This document shows positions 29,212 through 40,840 of a stretch of DNA of 64,000 nucleotides, piece by piece. The position numbers and the translations under genes were made by a program. Within the stretch, counting starts at the first letter, position 1, and the number at the start of each line of letters is the position of its first letter. Source of the stretch: Sporopachydermia quercuum (taxonomy: Eukaryota); assembly GCA_001599295.1 (NCBI GenBank), contig BCGN01000005.1, positions 620,001 to 684,000 of the forward strand, written 5' to 3'. The notes under the pieces are model-generated. The model saw only the letters and a program-made list of their open reading frames with translations, was not told the DNA's origin and made no database searches.

Positions 29212-31020
29212 TCAACTTGCTAAAAACTTCTTATAAACCGAGTTACCAGTTTCTTCCTTGTATCGGAAATCTAGATTCTTCAAAAACTCTTCGAACTTCT
29301 TGGAATCCTCAGGAGGTACATTAACACCAGCTAATACTTTGCCAATGTCACTACCTTGATTTCTATAATGGAACAAGGTAATATTCCAGCTTGACTTTAT
29401 CCCTTTTAGAAATTTAAGCAGAGCTCCTGGTTTCTCAGGGAAACTAAAACTGATCAATCTTTCATTTGGTACATGAGCTCTACCACCAACCATATAACGA
29501 CCATGGGTCTTTGCCATTTCGTTCTCGGAAATATCTTGTCCTTCAAATCCATTTTCTTTCAACTCAGTCATAACTTGTCCTAATTCTTTCTTTCGATCTC
29601 TGACCGAAAATGATGTATAAACATATGCCTCACCAGCAGCTGAACCATCAGGATTCAATGTGCCTTGGTTATCGCTAAATCTATAACAGAATTCAGTGAT
29701 ATCTCTTGGATAAATAATGGAATGAAGCTTTTGGAACGAGCCTGGTTCCTCAGGGATACGCACGTACATGAATACTTCTTTCCCTTCTCCTAATCTCGCT
29801 CTTTCCGATACAAAACGTAATCTATCAAAATTCATGTTAGCGCCAGATAAAACAGGGATATAAGTTTTGGAAGAATGGTCGATTTCTGGATGAAGTTCAA
29901 TATATTTCTTCATTGCAGCAACACTCATTGCACCGGAAGGCTCAACAATTGAGCGAGTATCTTGGAAAATATCCTTAATTGCGGCACATATTTCATCAGT
30001 AGAAACAAGAATGATCTCATCAACGAATTTTTGACATAATCTGAATGTTTCGGTACCAGGTACCTTAACTGCAGTGCCATCAGCAAATACACCAACGTCT
30101 TCAATAGTAACCGGCTCACCTTGTCTTAAAGATTGAGCCATTGCATCAGCGTCGTAAGTTTCAACACCAATGACTTTCACATGGGGAGCCAAACGTTTAA
30201 TATAAGAAGCGATTCCAGCAGCTAAACCACCACCGCCAACAGCGCAAAATATAGCACCTATTTTCTCGGCATTAACTTGTCTCAACAATTCTAAAGCGAT
30301 TGTTCCTTGTCCAGCAATAACATATGGATGATCAAAAGGTGGGATATTAGTCCAACCATGCTCAGCAGCTAAACGGTTGCATTCAGTCTTAGCTGAATCA
30401 AAGTCATCTCCGTACAAAACAACTTGAGAACCAAGTCTGGAAACATTCTGATACTTAATTGAAGGAGTTGCAACAGGCATGACAATTGTAGCTCTAGCAC
30501 CTAAATGTTTAGCTGAATAAGCGACACCTTGAGCATGATTACCAGCAGAGCAAGCAATAACACCTTTGTTACGTAATTCTGATGGAAGCTTGGCCATCAT
30601 ATTATATGCACCTCGAAGCTTGAATGAGAAAACTGGTTGGAGATCTTCTCGCTTGAGCATAACGGTTGAACCTGTATGATGAGAAAGTGATACAGCATAA
30701 GTAACAGGTGTTTCGTCAATAACATCATAAACTCGGGACGTTAAAATCAATTTCACATAATCTGGATAGCCCGAATCAAGAAAATCATCTTGTTCTAAAC
30801 CTGCGTACAAACTTTTCACGTTCTCAGGATGGTACTCTTTCGCTGGTTTTTCTACTATGAACTCTGTGACTGGCTCAGTAGAAAGGTCAGTACTGGTTGA
30901 ATAATGTCTTGATTTTAAATTCGATGAGACATTGAAATAAGTAAAATTCCTTGAATAGGCCCTTAGATTTCGGCTGAAGGACCGACTGGTCGCTCGGAAT
31001 GCTCTTGAGGCACATGCCAT
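29212..31020 (-). CDS. ILV1: Threonine dehydratase (biosynthetic, mitochondrial)
   Basis: Mitochondrial presequence, [19 protein letters not shown] (PLP Lys), [22 protein letters not shown], two ACT-like regulatory repeats. Confidence 0.97.
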   Translation of the reverse strand: MACASRAFRATSRSFSRNLRAYSRNFTYFNVSSNLKSRHYSTSTDLSTEPVTEFIVEKPAKEYHPENVKSLYAGLEQDDFLDSGYPDYVKLILTSRVYDVIDETPVTYAVSLSHHTGSTVMLKREDLQPVFSFKLRGAYNMMAKLPSELRNKGVIACSAGNHAQGVAYSAKHLGARATIVMPVATPSIKYQNVSRLGSQVVLYGDDFDSAKTECNRLAAEHGWTNIPPFDHPYVIAGQGTIALELLRQVNAEKIGAIFCAVGGGGLAAGIASYIKRLAPHVKVIGVETYDADAMAQSLRQGEPVTIEDVGVFADGTAVKVPGTETFRLCQKFVDEIILVSTDEICAAIKDIFQDTRSIVEPSGAMSVAAMKKYIELHPEIDHSSKTYIPVLSGANMNFDRLRFVSERARLGEGKEVFMYVRIPEEPGSFQKLHSIIYPRDITEFCYRFSDNQGTLNPDGSAAGEAYVYTSFSVRDRKKELGQVMTELKENGFEGQDISENEMAKTHGRYMVGGRAHVPNERLISFSFPEKPGALLKFLKGIKSSWNITLFHYRNQGSDIGKVLAGVNVPPEDSKKFEEFLKNLDFRYKEETGNSVYKKFLAS

Positions 31021-31196
31021 ATCTTTGTCAATGTTTCTTGTGTTGAGCTTTTGACTGTTGGACTTGTTTAAAGCATCTACAGAGAAATGTAGAACAAACG
31101 CAAGATACTATGATCCAGTGAATTGTCAGCTACTATTCAGTTTGTTTTCAATCGATGAACCCATAGTTGGATTTGAGTCTATTATGAAAGGTATAA

Positions 31197-31202
31197 GAGT
31201 CA
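31197..31202 (-). promoter_or_regulatory. Gcn4-type TGACTC site upstream of ILV1
   Basis: GAGTCA on + about 180 bp upstream of an amino-acid biosynthesis gene. Hexamer only. Confidence 0.35.
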
Positions 31203-33078
31203 CAACGGTCTTAGTTGTGATGACTACCAGTTGGTTGAGTTTCGGATGGAAACTTGCTATTTACTGCAATAATCTGCAATATTTATGCAATGAAAACAAG
31301 GGGTTACATGTACTTTGTTTAGCAGCAACAAAAATGGGGTGTTAATAGAATGAGTGGAACTAATTAATGATGAAGTGATACGGAAAAAGAAGTTATAAAT
31401 GATTATGTTATAATATAATATTATATGGCTATTCTCTCTGATAAGGAATATGCCATAATGAGAAGATAAAAGAAGTTATTGTCATACAATTTAGGACTAT
31501 TTGTCCCGATTCAAGACGCGTTCCAAGAAATACTGATTGACTTCAACAGGAATGGTTATATGCCATCTCTATGACAATTACAAAGAGACAATCACCAAAT
31601 GCACCTTTTGTGACGCGCAGCTGATACAGATTAGGTGCCAAGAACTTTGCTTCCTGTTAACGAATGGAAACTTTGGGGTACAGGGTCTGAACAATCTCTA
31701 TACGGAATGTTGAAACCGTGCACTCTCAAGACTTAGTAAGAATGCTGCAGACAGGAACAAGTGATAAATATTTGGGAAAGAGTAAACTGTTAATATATTC
31801 TTATAGTAGAAAGAGTATTTTTGTTACTATTCAAATAGCTGTTCGACTAATTAGAAGAAGCCGTCAAGTTGCTTCAGTGTATGTGTTAACAGCAACAAAG
31901 TTCATGTAGTTAATAACCTGCATATGAAGAGAACCCAAAATATATCGTGACATATCACTCATACAAATCAGTGATTTTCGCACAATGGATGATTTTCACG
32001 GTAAGAGAATCTTTCATGTCATCCTGTTAAAGAAAGACAAANTTTTACTATTCTCTGACTCTAATACTCTAACATTGGCAAAAAAAAAACACTCTTCTTT
32101 TACCTGCTAGTGAAGCAAATATTCATTTCCTCATAGAGCACAGCCATGTTTTCATCCCTCCACTTTCACCACAAATTTCAAATAAACTTTCAACTTATTT
32201 TCGACCATTATGTAAAAGTTTCCCTAAACCCCAAACTCTAACGCATTATATTTTCCCTTCAGAACCTTATTGTTCATTGCTTTCTCAACGGTCCTTCAAC
32301 TATCACCATTAATCATCATTGATTCCAACAAAATTCAATCATTGTTACAGAATATTGAACATTTAACCTTGCATTTCATAGGATTACATTCAAATACTCT
32401 TCACACCAGCTTCTAGGATAAAATTCGGGCATTTGAATATCCCTTTCCCTTCAAACCTTTCCTCATCTCTCCGACAGGTTATAGTTTCTCAACTGCCTCT
32501 AGCTTTTCTTGGCTCTTTAAAGTCTTACGCCAGAAGAAAAATAATCAACAAGTTTTTTCTATTGACAAAAAATAACACGCAAAGATCTATTCGGACTTTC
32601 ACCTACTAATTGTTCACCGTTAAAAATGGGTTTGTCTCCTTTCTTTATATTTGCTTGCTCTACGGAAGAGCTTGTTAACAATTGTATGACCGATTGTTTG
32701 TAGCAGGAAGCTTTGTTATATGAGTTACATTAGATAAAGGAAGAAATCTGATGCAGCTGAGAATACATTATAAATAGAATACAAGGAAGTCTTTCAGAAG
32801 TGTTAGTTGCGTTTGTCTGTTCATAACTGGAAATCTTTGGACGTACAGAAGAACGAAGAGTAAAACGCAAGAGTTATTAGAAGAGAGCTTAGAGAACAGG
32901 AATAAATATAGATTTCTTGTAGATTTAATCATTTTGGTAAAATTGTTGGGTAGAAATACAGGCTGTTTGGTTTAACAGAAGCAGAAGCTATTCATTAATT
33001 TGACAGTTTGATTGCGAATATCGTGTTCTTCACAAGACATTCATGAATCTATAGACCAAAATAAGATAATAGTTGAAA

Positions 33079-34461
33079 ATGATATACAGGCACAATATCA
33101 TTTCAGAGAAGCTGTTCACGTCAATATTAAGTCTATTCCTTGGACTTATGACCCAACTTCAATTGAGTGAAGCAATTGAACTTGATGTCAATAGCATTCA
33201 ATCAATCAAAGATGCATCAAAGACTGTAGCCCATGGTTTAATGGATTATTACAATGGATTAGACCCTGGACGACCTATTGGTATGTTTGCTGATCCTTAT
33301 TATTGGTGGGAAGCAGGTTCTGCTTGGAACAGTATGATTGATTATTGGTTTTACACGGGTGATGATCAATACAATGATCAAATCCGTCAGGCTTTGCTAT
33401 ACCAAGTTGGGGACAACTGGGATTATGTACCTGCAAATCAATCAACAACTGAAGGAAATGACGATCAAGCATTTTGGGGCTTCACTGTTATGACAGCCTG
33501 TGAAAGAAACTTCCCTGATCCTGATCCTGAGGAGCCTCAATGGTTATATCTTGCTCAAGCAGTGTTTAATACTATGGCTTCTAGATGGGATGAAGAGCAT
33601 TGCTATGGTGGTTTAAGATGGCAAATTTTTGCTTGGAATTCAGGATACAACTACAAGAATACTGTTTCTAATGGTTCCTTATTCCATTTAGGTGCTCGAT
33701 TAGCTAGATACACTAATAATGATACATTTGCAGAATGGGCAGATAAAGTATGGGATTGGTTAGTTTTGCATAACCTTATCACTGTAAATGATGACTGGTG
33801 GTTAGTGTATGATGGTGCTGGTATTGAATCTGGTTGTGATGATATCGATATGTTGCAATGGAGTTACAATGCTGCCTTGATGTTCAGTGGTAGTGCATAT
33901 ATGTATAACTATACTAAAGATGAGAAATGGTTAGAAAGAACTGAGAAATTAATTTTTAGTGCCTCAGTTTTCTTCAACAATTCAGTTATGTATGAAGCAG
34001 CATGTCAACCAGTATTAACTTGTAACAATGATCAACGATCTTTCAAGGCGATTTTCTCAAGATTCTTAGGATTGACCTCATTAATGGTCCCTCAAATCAA
34101 CGGAACCGCTAGAGAATGGTTAGAAACATCGGCAGAAGCTGCTGCCAGGAGTTGTTCTGGTGGTACTGACGGTGTTACTTGTGGATTAAATTGGTTCGAA
34201 GACGGTTGGGATGGCTTCTATGGTTTAGGTGAACAAATGTGCGCTCTAGAAGTTATGACGAATTTACTAGTGTGGACCAAACCACCACCTGTCACAGCTT
34301 CCACTGGTGGTACATCTATTGGAGATCCAAATGCCGGTGCTTCTAGAGCTTTCAATCCTGAACCATTAGATCTTGACACTGGTGATATTGTTGGTGCTTC
34401 TATAATTACTGCAGTAATTGGTATTGTTCTACTGGGAGGTTCTATTTGGCTGCTGATATGA
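33079..34461 (+). CDS. DCW1: GH76 GPI-anchored mannosidase/transglycosidase, Dcw1/Dfg5 family
   Basis: Signal peptide, PYYWWEAG, EGNDDQAFWG catalytic DD, GGLRWQIF..GY.YKN, C-terminal hydrophobic GPI signal. DCW1 versus DFG5 is uncertain. Confidence 0.88.
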   Translation: MIYRHNIISEKLFTSILSLFLGLMTQLQLSEAIELDVNSIQSIKDASKTVAHGLMDYYNGLDPGRPIGMFADPYYWWEAGSAWNSMIDYWFYTGDDQYNDQIRQALLYQVGDNWDYVPANQSTTEGNDDQAFWGFTVMTACERNFPDPDPEEPQWLYLAQAVFNTMASRWDEEHCYGGLRWQIFAWNSGYNYKNTVSNGSLFHLGARLARYTNNDTFAEWADKVWDWLVLHNLITVNDDWWLVYDGAGIESGCDDIDMLQWSYNAALMFSGSAYMYNYTKDEKWLERTEKLIFSASVFFNNSVMYEAACQPVLTCNNDQRSFKAIFSRFLGLTSLMVPQINGTAREWLETSAEAAARSCSGGTDGVTCGLNWFEDGWDGFYGLGEQMCALEVMTNLLVWTKPPPVTASTGGTSIGDPNAGASRAFNPEPLDLDTGDIVGASIITAVIGIVLLGGSIWLLI

Positions 34462-34917
34462 AAACATTGAGGTTTTTCTGTTGGGGCGGTTACTTTTTTG
34501 GATGTTACAATTTATTCATTCTTTCATTTTTCAAAGCTTTATGAACAGGTTTTTGTCGTTCGTTATCATTGTCATGTATATTAGTAACTATTTTTGAACA
34601 TAGGGGATTTTCATTACAGTTATATATCTTTACCGGGAATAGTCCATTTATTATCTTGTCTAGTTTTCCTTAAATACTAGAAAGTAGCAGTAGTCTTCAT
34701 TTGTCAGTGTTTATGTGCTCTCACTATCGTTTTAATGTAGTCAGTACATCTGTGCGCTATATGCCATTCATACGTTTCCTTTGAGCAAAACACCTAGATC
34801 ACTTTACAATATAAAAACCAGATAATTCCTGAACTATTTTACAGTATATGATCTATAGAAACCCAACGATAAAGAAAATTAATTGAAAGATGGCATGTAG
34901 AAAAGTAAACGAAAGAC

Positions 34918-34924
34918 AAAAAAA
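34918..34924 (-). terminator. Pol III oligo(dT) terminator of tRNA-iMet
   Basis: A7 on + (T7 on -), 2 nt after the discriminator base. Confidence 0.8.
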
Positions 34925-34926
34925 CA

Positions 34927-34998
34927 TAGCGATGCGTAGTTTCGATCTACGGACATCAGGGTTATGAGCCCTGCGCGCTTCCACTGCGCCACATCGCT
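34927..34998 (-). tRNA. IMT: Initiator tRNA-Met (CAT)
   Basis: AGCGATG..CATCGCT-A acceptor stem (A1:U72), CAGGG-CTCATAA-CCCTG anticodon arm, GATCGAAA T-loop (A54/A60), followed by an oligo-T terminator. Confidence 0.97.
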
Positions 34999-35825
34999 GA
35001 AAGTAAATGTAGTAAACTCCATTATCAGAGAGTGAACAGAGAGTGAATATTTATATGCATTTACGAATATGGACGAGGCCACCAAAAGACTATATCATGT
35101 AAACTTTTTCGATTTTATAATGAAATAGTAAAAAGAAGGAAAAGAAGTGGGTGATTATGCTTTTTTTTATATCCGTAGAAAAACTATCTGGTTCATTCCA
35201 GAAGTTATTCAGAACTAGTTTATAACGCGAGTCTAGATGGTGAATTGGCTGGTGGTAGATTATACAAGCTTATTGTATGAGCTTATTAGTCAAATGCCAT
35301 TCCACTTACAATAAAAGTGACTTGATTTGACCCTAAATTCAGGCAACAATTGGATAAAGAAGTATGAATATAAGACTCAAATTTATGTTCAATACTAGGA
35401 ACAAATGAATAGAATATGTGATGAGGCGCTTCCTACCGCATTAGGAAGCTAAGCCACAATCTATATTAAAGATGCCTAGAGATACCGAGTTAACAGCAAT
35501 ATCCAATCAAACTCATGGTCTTTTCTGAGTATGCTGCAATTACTTTAAATATTTTTTGTTCTAGCTCATCTGGTTATAATGAACATCAAAAGAAAAAAAC
35601 AAGGAGCTTATATAATTGAGATCATGATTCCAAATGTGTAAATACGGTGTACTTAAAATAGTACATGCATAATTAGACATATTGTTGCAGATAACTGGAG
35701 AACTAACCTTCAATTAACGTATTATGAAAAGGGGAATGATGGTAATGTCTATTTGACCAGCTACATACGTTAAATGATTGCCATTGATTCTGTAACACAG
35801 ATCAATCATTCCACTTGCTTCGTAT

Positions 35826-36506
35826 TCAAATACCACCAGGTTTTCGTAACCCTTGGCAAGGTGTTGGTGGATCCCCCTCTGGAACCTTATGATGAACAGT
35901 ACCTACTCTGAAGTAATTTGGATTTGTCTCATAGAATTTCTGCCAACCAGTCAATTGTTGGGTAGCATCTTTCATATTCAATCCTCTAAGGTCGTAAGTC
36001 AGCTCATCTTCTTTGTTGAAACATCCTGTAACAAAAACTCTAGCGGCATCTTTCCCAGCCAATGCACTATAGCCTCCACCTGGTCCGTATATCCTTCTAT
36101 TCGCCGAAACATCATATACATTATTCAGAACACCAACATATATAGGTAAATTAGGATCGCTACCATTATACAAAGCAAGCTCTTCGTCCGTGAACTCCAT
36201 CAAACTTGGGTGAAATAAACGAAACTTCAGATAATGTAGATTTGTAGCTTTTATATCATATCCCCAAGTGAATGTCGATGTGATGAAGTATGATCCTAAG
36301 AGTGATAATACCAATAAAGATACAATTACTTCCAAAGTATCTTTTATCAGCGTCGAGTGTCTCAGCTTTTCATCCGTTTTTACTCCCGGCCTCTTTTCGT
36401 TGGGCGTATCAACCTCTTGATTTCTTCGTTTATTCATGGATTCGTGCTCATGAATAACTCTTTCTCGGGGCACATCACTTGGCTGGTGTCTACTTGTTGA
36501 TGACAT
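35826..36506 (-). CDS. MAPR / cytochrome b5-like heme-steroid binding membrane protein
   Basis: N-terminal TM, then FTDEELALYNGSDPNLPIYVGV..VYDVS..YGPGGGYSALAGKDAARVFVTG and W.KFY...Y..VG. Confidence 0.88.
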   Translation of the reverse strand: MSSTSRHQPSDVPRERVIHEHESMNKRRNQEVDTPNEKRPGVKTDEKLRHSTLIKDTLEVIVSLLVLSLLGSYFITSTFTWGYDIKATNLHYLKFRLFHPSLMEFTDEELALYNGSDPNLPIYVGVLNNVYDVSANRRIYGPGGGYSALAGKDAARVFVTGCFNKEDELTYDLRGLNMKDATQQLTGWQKFYETNPNYFRVGTVHHKVPEGDPPTPCQGLRKPGGI

Positions 36507-36675
36507 TTCAACAGGTAGTCTGAATATAGATTATAAAGTAAGCCTAAGCACCCTTGTATATCAACTAATTTTTAGTATACCTTTCATACTACCAGAATAA
36601 ATAACTAGAGTCTTGATAGTTATAACCGCTCAAACGGTGTGTTTGTTGTTTCATATATGTAAATAAATACATTTT

Positions 36676-36748
36676 CTAACGCCCCATATCAAATTTTGAG
36701 TCAACTTATTTAGAGTTACATACATCTACATGCAGAAAGGGGCGTTAG
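36676..36748. repeat. 10-bp GC-rich inverted repeat CTAACGCCCC / GGGGCGTTAG, 53-nt spacer
   Basis: Arms at 36676-36685 and 36739-36748. Confidence 0.65.
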
Positions 36749-37207
36749 GTTTGAAACCTTAACCCTAGGAGTAAAACTTAAATGTTCAGCTATGAAGCTT
36801 ATTCAAATTAGAGATAGAAGTTACCGTTATAGTCTTAGCGTTATAGTATTAGCATTATAGAATAAACACTATAGTATTAGAATTATAATATATTAATTAT
36901 TATTGATTGATCCTCGGAGTATCAGAATGCGATTTCATATTTAGAGAGTGTATGATATATTACTGACGATGTAGCTTACTACCGTTTTTATCAGTTAGGT
37001 AGGTTACTTTCATATTGTGGCCATCATTTCAGCAATAAGCAGCATTGACATATCTATTTGTCTGATAAACAAGCCAATGTCTATAACCACCACAAAACTA
37101 ATTTCCTTCGACAATATCAATAAACTGCCAACGTCAAGCTCAAAATCAAGATCAAAAGTAATTAAAACCAAAACAACCACCCCAATACCTTCTTATAGTT
37201 CCAGAAA

Positions 37208-40200
37208 CTATGCAAGATCGGAGAACTCCATATTGAATAGTAAATCAGTGCAGAACTCATCAGTATATTGCCAGTCAGTAAAATTGTAATTCAAGTCATT
37301 TTCAATGTTCTGAATAGCATTGGAATACTGTGCCCCATAATCCCCTAAGCCAAGATCGCCATTGTCATCGGGATTGCCATTCACTGTTTGAGAAATCTGA
37401 TCAACGTTCTGTAGTCCTTCTCCTTCAGTCTGTTGATTAGTTGTATCTCTGGAGCTATCTATATTATTCATAGGATAGTTATTGTAGTCTCCTGATAATT
37501 GTCCTTGCTGCTGTTCCTGTTCTCGTTGAAAAGCATCTTGATTTTCTTGTTGCTTTGATAACTGTAGTGTTTCCCGTTCTACTTCTTTCAGATGACCATT
37601 AAACGTCATATCAGTGAAAGGATTCTTTGATGAGCCAATTGGAACATCTTTCCCAAGCATACCTGCATTATTGAACGTATCAATCTGCGTGATGTATGTG
37701 CGAAGGAAAAGGCCAATTAGAAACCCAATTTTCAACATGAAAGTTCCACCTGAATACTCCTCATATGTAGCAAGCATCAAATTGCTGATCTTCGATACCA
37801 ACCTCACAGCTTTCAAGGGCACCAAGGCAGTATTTTCTTGCAATAATCTATCAGGAGTAAAATTGACATCTGAGAACGTTTCAACACTATTGTCATGCTT
37901 AATCACTGACACTGGAGTTCGACCAGTTGCTGAAGAAGGTCCCATTCCAGCTCCGACATTCTCATGATCCAGTGATTCATCAAAATGGTCTTCCCCATCA
38001 TCTTCTTCAACATAGAAAAAATAGTCAACAGTGCGCATAAGAAACCTTAGACGGAGAATCATGCCTGATATGTATATCATACGACTGGCAGCAGCAACAG
38101 GCAGGACAGCTATATCTTCTGTTGACATGAAAATAAACTGGTATAAAGATTTAATACACATTTCAGAACATCTTTGAATATAGAGATAAAATCTTGGCCT
38201 ATTCGCAACTTCATTCTCGTCAATTTCTCTATTCTGCTTTTGAATTTGACCTCTAACGAAACTGTATACAAATGGTTCATATAACGATGCTTGAACAGAA
38301 TAACAAAAACTATTGAATTGACGAGGGTCGCAGTCATATTCGTTGAAGAAAGCTTTACCTTCCTCATCAGCATTCATATTAACAAAACTCATTAGTTCAT
38401 TCATCTTCTCGTTTCTATAACCGTGAACACAGTCAATTTCTCTTTGTAATCGGTCGACTGTTTCCTGAATTACTGTTGGATCCTGTGAGAAGAAAAACCT
38501 GAACTCGTCCTCGTCGCTATCTATATCAGAATTCATTCTAAATAGTCTGTGTATTTTTTCCAAAATGAAGTTTAGCCTTGCAAACGCAACGATACGCACA
38601 TCGTCCCTATAATCTCTCAACCATGCCAATTGACTCTTAGTTAATGGCTTGGCAGTTCGGCTACTTAAATCAAAACTCTCTTCAGAGCCAAAATTAGGAT
38701 CCTCTAGAAGTTCACAGCACTCTTCTAAATATTCGTCCCAAGATACGCTTATATACTTCCTGATCAATATACATATTGTGACACCTGAGTAGTATGTGCA
38801 TAATGCCATTTTCCGGCTAACTCTGCTTCTAACTGAACTATTCTGTAAAATAGTGTGATTAGTAGTAGGAAAAGTATTACCGATAATATTAACTCCAGTC
38901 CTCCTTTTTCCGTCTGATTCATAATTGACACTAGAATTTGGAGCAGTATCAAAACCATTGTTGCCATTTCCAATATTTATATTATTGTTACCATTGTTAT
39001 TGTTGTCATCAGTTCCACTATTATTATACCTTAATAAAATACTTCTGTTACTACTGATTTCACTTTTCAGTAGATTACAATTCACATTACCTGACCCGAA
39101 CCTTTTGGCAGTGATTCCTAAATCATTAGCCATAGAAACACACAAATCATTGATTATATGTGACCTTCTCTGTTGGAAAAGCTCTGGTGAATTATACCAA
39201 AAACCAAGCAACAGGATACTTTCTAGAATATCTAATGATTTATTGCCAACAATAATAACATTCCAAGCTATGGCTTGAAACGCAATTCCTTCAATTTCCA
39301 CATTTTTCTTCAAGGATTCTTCCGATTGGTTTTCCATGCATATTGATGATACTGCCATTACTGCAAGAAACAATAGAGGCTCGTTATTCTTAAAGTCGGT
39401 GATATTATAGTTATATTGTTCTTTGATCTTAACAACAGGATGTCGAGGATAAATGACTGTTTGGTACTTCATCAAACGCAATTTCGCTTCTTCTTCATCC
39501 AAGAGACCACCAGGAAAGAATCCTTGATATGAGTTCATCTGTCCTATGCAATCGAGAAACAGTTTTGATTCTAACGTCTGAAGCCTTAATGATTTCAATG
39601 AGGATAAAAGTTGAAATAATCTTAAGAACTTGGCTTTTTCTTTTTGCCTATCAACGCCTGTTTTCATTTTATGAAATCTGCTGCTTGATTTATTTGATGT
39701 ACTACCATTACTTTCTTGCTCTTGTTTGAAAGTAGGATCCAACATGATATTTGGATTCTGATCAAGATTTTGTTGCTGCCCCTGTTTTTTTGTTGGATAT
39801 GATTCTTTTGTAGTCTTGATAGCCTTAGGAGTAGCTGAAGATTCAATAGCATGAGTTCCTTGATCCGTAGGAGCGCCTGGAATATTATTACTTGTTATAG
39901 GAACGTTATTATTATAGCCATAAGATAATCGGGATGATGATAGCGGTTGTGTATACATTGGATTGGAGGTTGCACCAGAATGTAATGGAGAAGACGCCCG
40001 ATAATGATGTTGTAAATTAGATATGCGATTAATAGGGTCAATATTGGGATTGAAGCAAGTCCCCGCCACTGGGGCTGGTGGTAAAGACATCGAATGAGCC
40101 AAAGGAGTAGCAGCTAAAGGAAAATATGTTACATTTTTGTTGATTGACTCGATAGAAGGAGAAATCGACTGAATAGTATTAGCAGACCTAGTAGTACCAT

Positions 40201-40840
40201 ACACTGGAACACTATTACTAGATAGCCTTGAGTCAGATGCAGGTGATGATAAAGGTAGATTATTGGAATAAGGTAAAGATATGTTCTGTGAAGGATATAA
40301 TCCATTAAATGATTGTAATTCTTTGAATTGAGCTTCTTGATTCTTAGCATTAAGTGCAGCTATCAGAGACTCAATCTTTTTCTCCAACACAGCAACTCTT
40401 TCATTTGATGAATCATCCTGCTTAGAATCTTCAGAAACGTTATCTGAGTCATGAGAATCTTCCTGGTCCTTCTTTCTTCTTTTTCTTCTTCTTAGTGACA
40501 TATTAAATATGCAAACCTTATTACCTTTGAGACATCTAGAACAGGTGCCATATGGATTATTGATATCCGCAGGGATACATTTCACTTTTAATTGATGACA
40601 GTTATCACATGCTGTTGACCTTCTTTTAGTACCAGAACAATGAACAGAAGTTCCCCCGGGATTATTAACAATTAAATTACCACTTCTTCCTGATGAATCT
40701 TTCTCGCTATTATTAGTAGTAGTGTTGTTATCACTAGTATCAACGCCCGCTGGTTTAGTGTCTGTGGTATTGGCAAAGGAATTGGCTGGATTTGAATTGG
40801 TAGTGTTTCCACCATTTGTTGATTTANTATTAGGACTCAT
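37208..40840 (-). CDS. WAR1: Zn(II)2Cys6 transcription factor, War1-like
   Basis: ACDNCHQLKVKCIPADINNPYGTCSRCLKGNKVC cluster with the War1-type long loop, a basic linker, a middle homology region (PLLFLAVMAVSS, LLLGFWY..PE) and an acidic C-terminus. Family is secure, orthology less so. Confidence 0.7.
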   Translation of the reverse strand: MSPNXKSTNGGNTTNSNPANSFANTTDTKPAGVDTSDNNTTTNNSEKDSSGRSGNLIVNNPGGTSVHCSGTKRRSTACDNCHQLKVKCIPADINNPYGTCSRCLKGNKVCIFNMSLRRRKRRKKDQEDSHDSDNVSEDSKQDDSSNERVAVLEKKIESLIAALNAKNQEAQFKELQSFNGLYPSQNISLPYSNNLPLSSPASDSRLSSNSVPVYGTTRSANTIQSISPSIESINKNVTYFPLAATPLAHSMSLPPAPVAGTCFNPNIDPINRISNLQHHYRASSPLHSGATSNPMYTQPLSSSRLSYGYNNNVPITSNNIPGAPTDQGTHAIESSATPKAIKTTKESYPTKKQGQQQNLDQNPNIMLDPTFKQEQESNGSTSNKSSSRFHKMKTGVDRQKEKAKFLRLFQLLSSLKSLRLQTLESKLFLDCIGQMNSYQGFFPGGLLDEEEAKLRLMKYQTVIYPRHPVVKIKEQYNYNITDFKNNEPLLFLAVMAVSSICMENQSEESLKKNVEIEGIAFQAIAWNVIIVGNKSLDILESILLLGFWYNSPELFQQRRSHIINDLCVSMANDLGITAKRFGSGNVNCNLLKSEISSNRSILLRYNNSGTDDNNNNGNNNINIGNGNNGFDTAPNSSVNYESDGKRRTGVNIIGNTFPTTNHTILQNSSVRSRVSRKMALCTYYSGVTICILIRKYISVSWDEYLEECCELLEDPNFGSEESFDLSSRTAKPLTKSQLAWLRDYRDDVRIVAFARLNFILEKIHRLFRMNSDIDSDEDEFRFFFSQDPTVIQETVDRLQREIDCVHGYRNEKMNELMSFVNMNADEEGKAFFNEYDCDPRQFNSFCYSVQASLYEPFVYSFVRGQIQKQNREIDENEVANRPRFYLYIQRCSEMCIKSLYQFIFMSTEDIAVLPVAAASRMIYISGMILRLRFLMRTVDYFFYVEEDDGEDHFDESLDHENVGAGMGPSSATGRTPVSVIKHDNSVETFSDVNFTPDRLLQENTALVPLKAVRLVSKISNLMLATYEEYSGGTFMLKIGFLIGLFLRTYITQIDTFNNAGMLGKDVPIGSSKNPFTDMTFNGHLKEVERETLQLSKQQENQDAFQREQEQQQGQLSGDYNNYPMNNIDSSRDTTNQQTEGEGLQNVDQISQTVNGNPDDNGDLGLGDYGAQYSNAIQNIENDLNYNFTDWQYTDEFCTDLLFNMEFSDLA

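Noticed and set aside
31367..31441. C/D snoRNA-like boxes in the ILV1 promoter
   Set aside because: AT-rich promoter sequence with no recognisable guide. Such box pairs are expected by chance.
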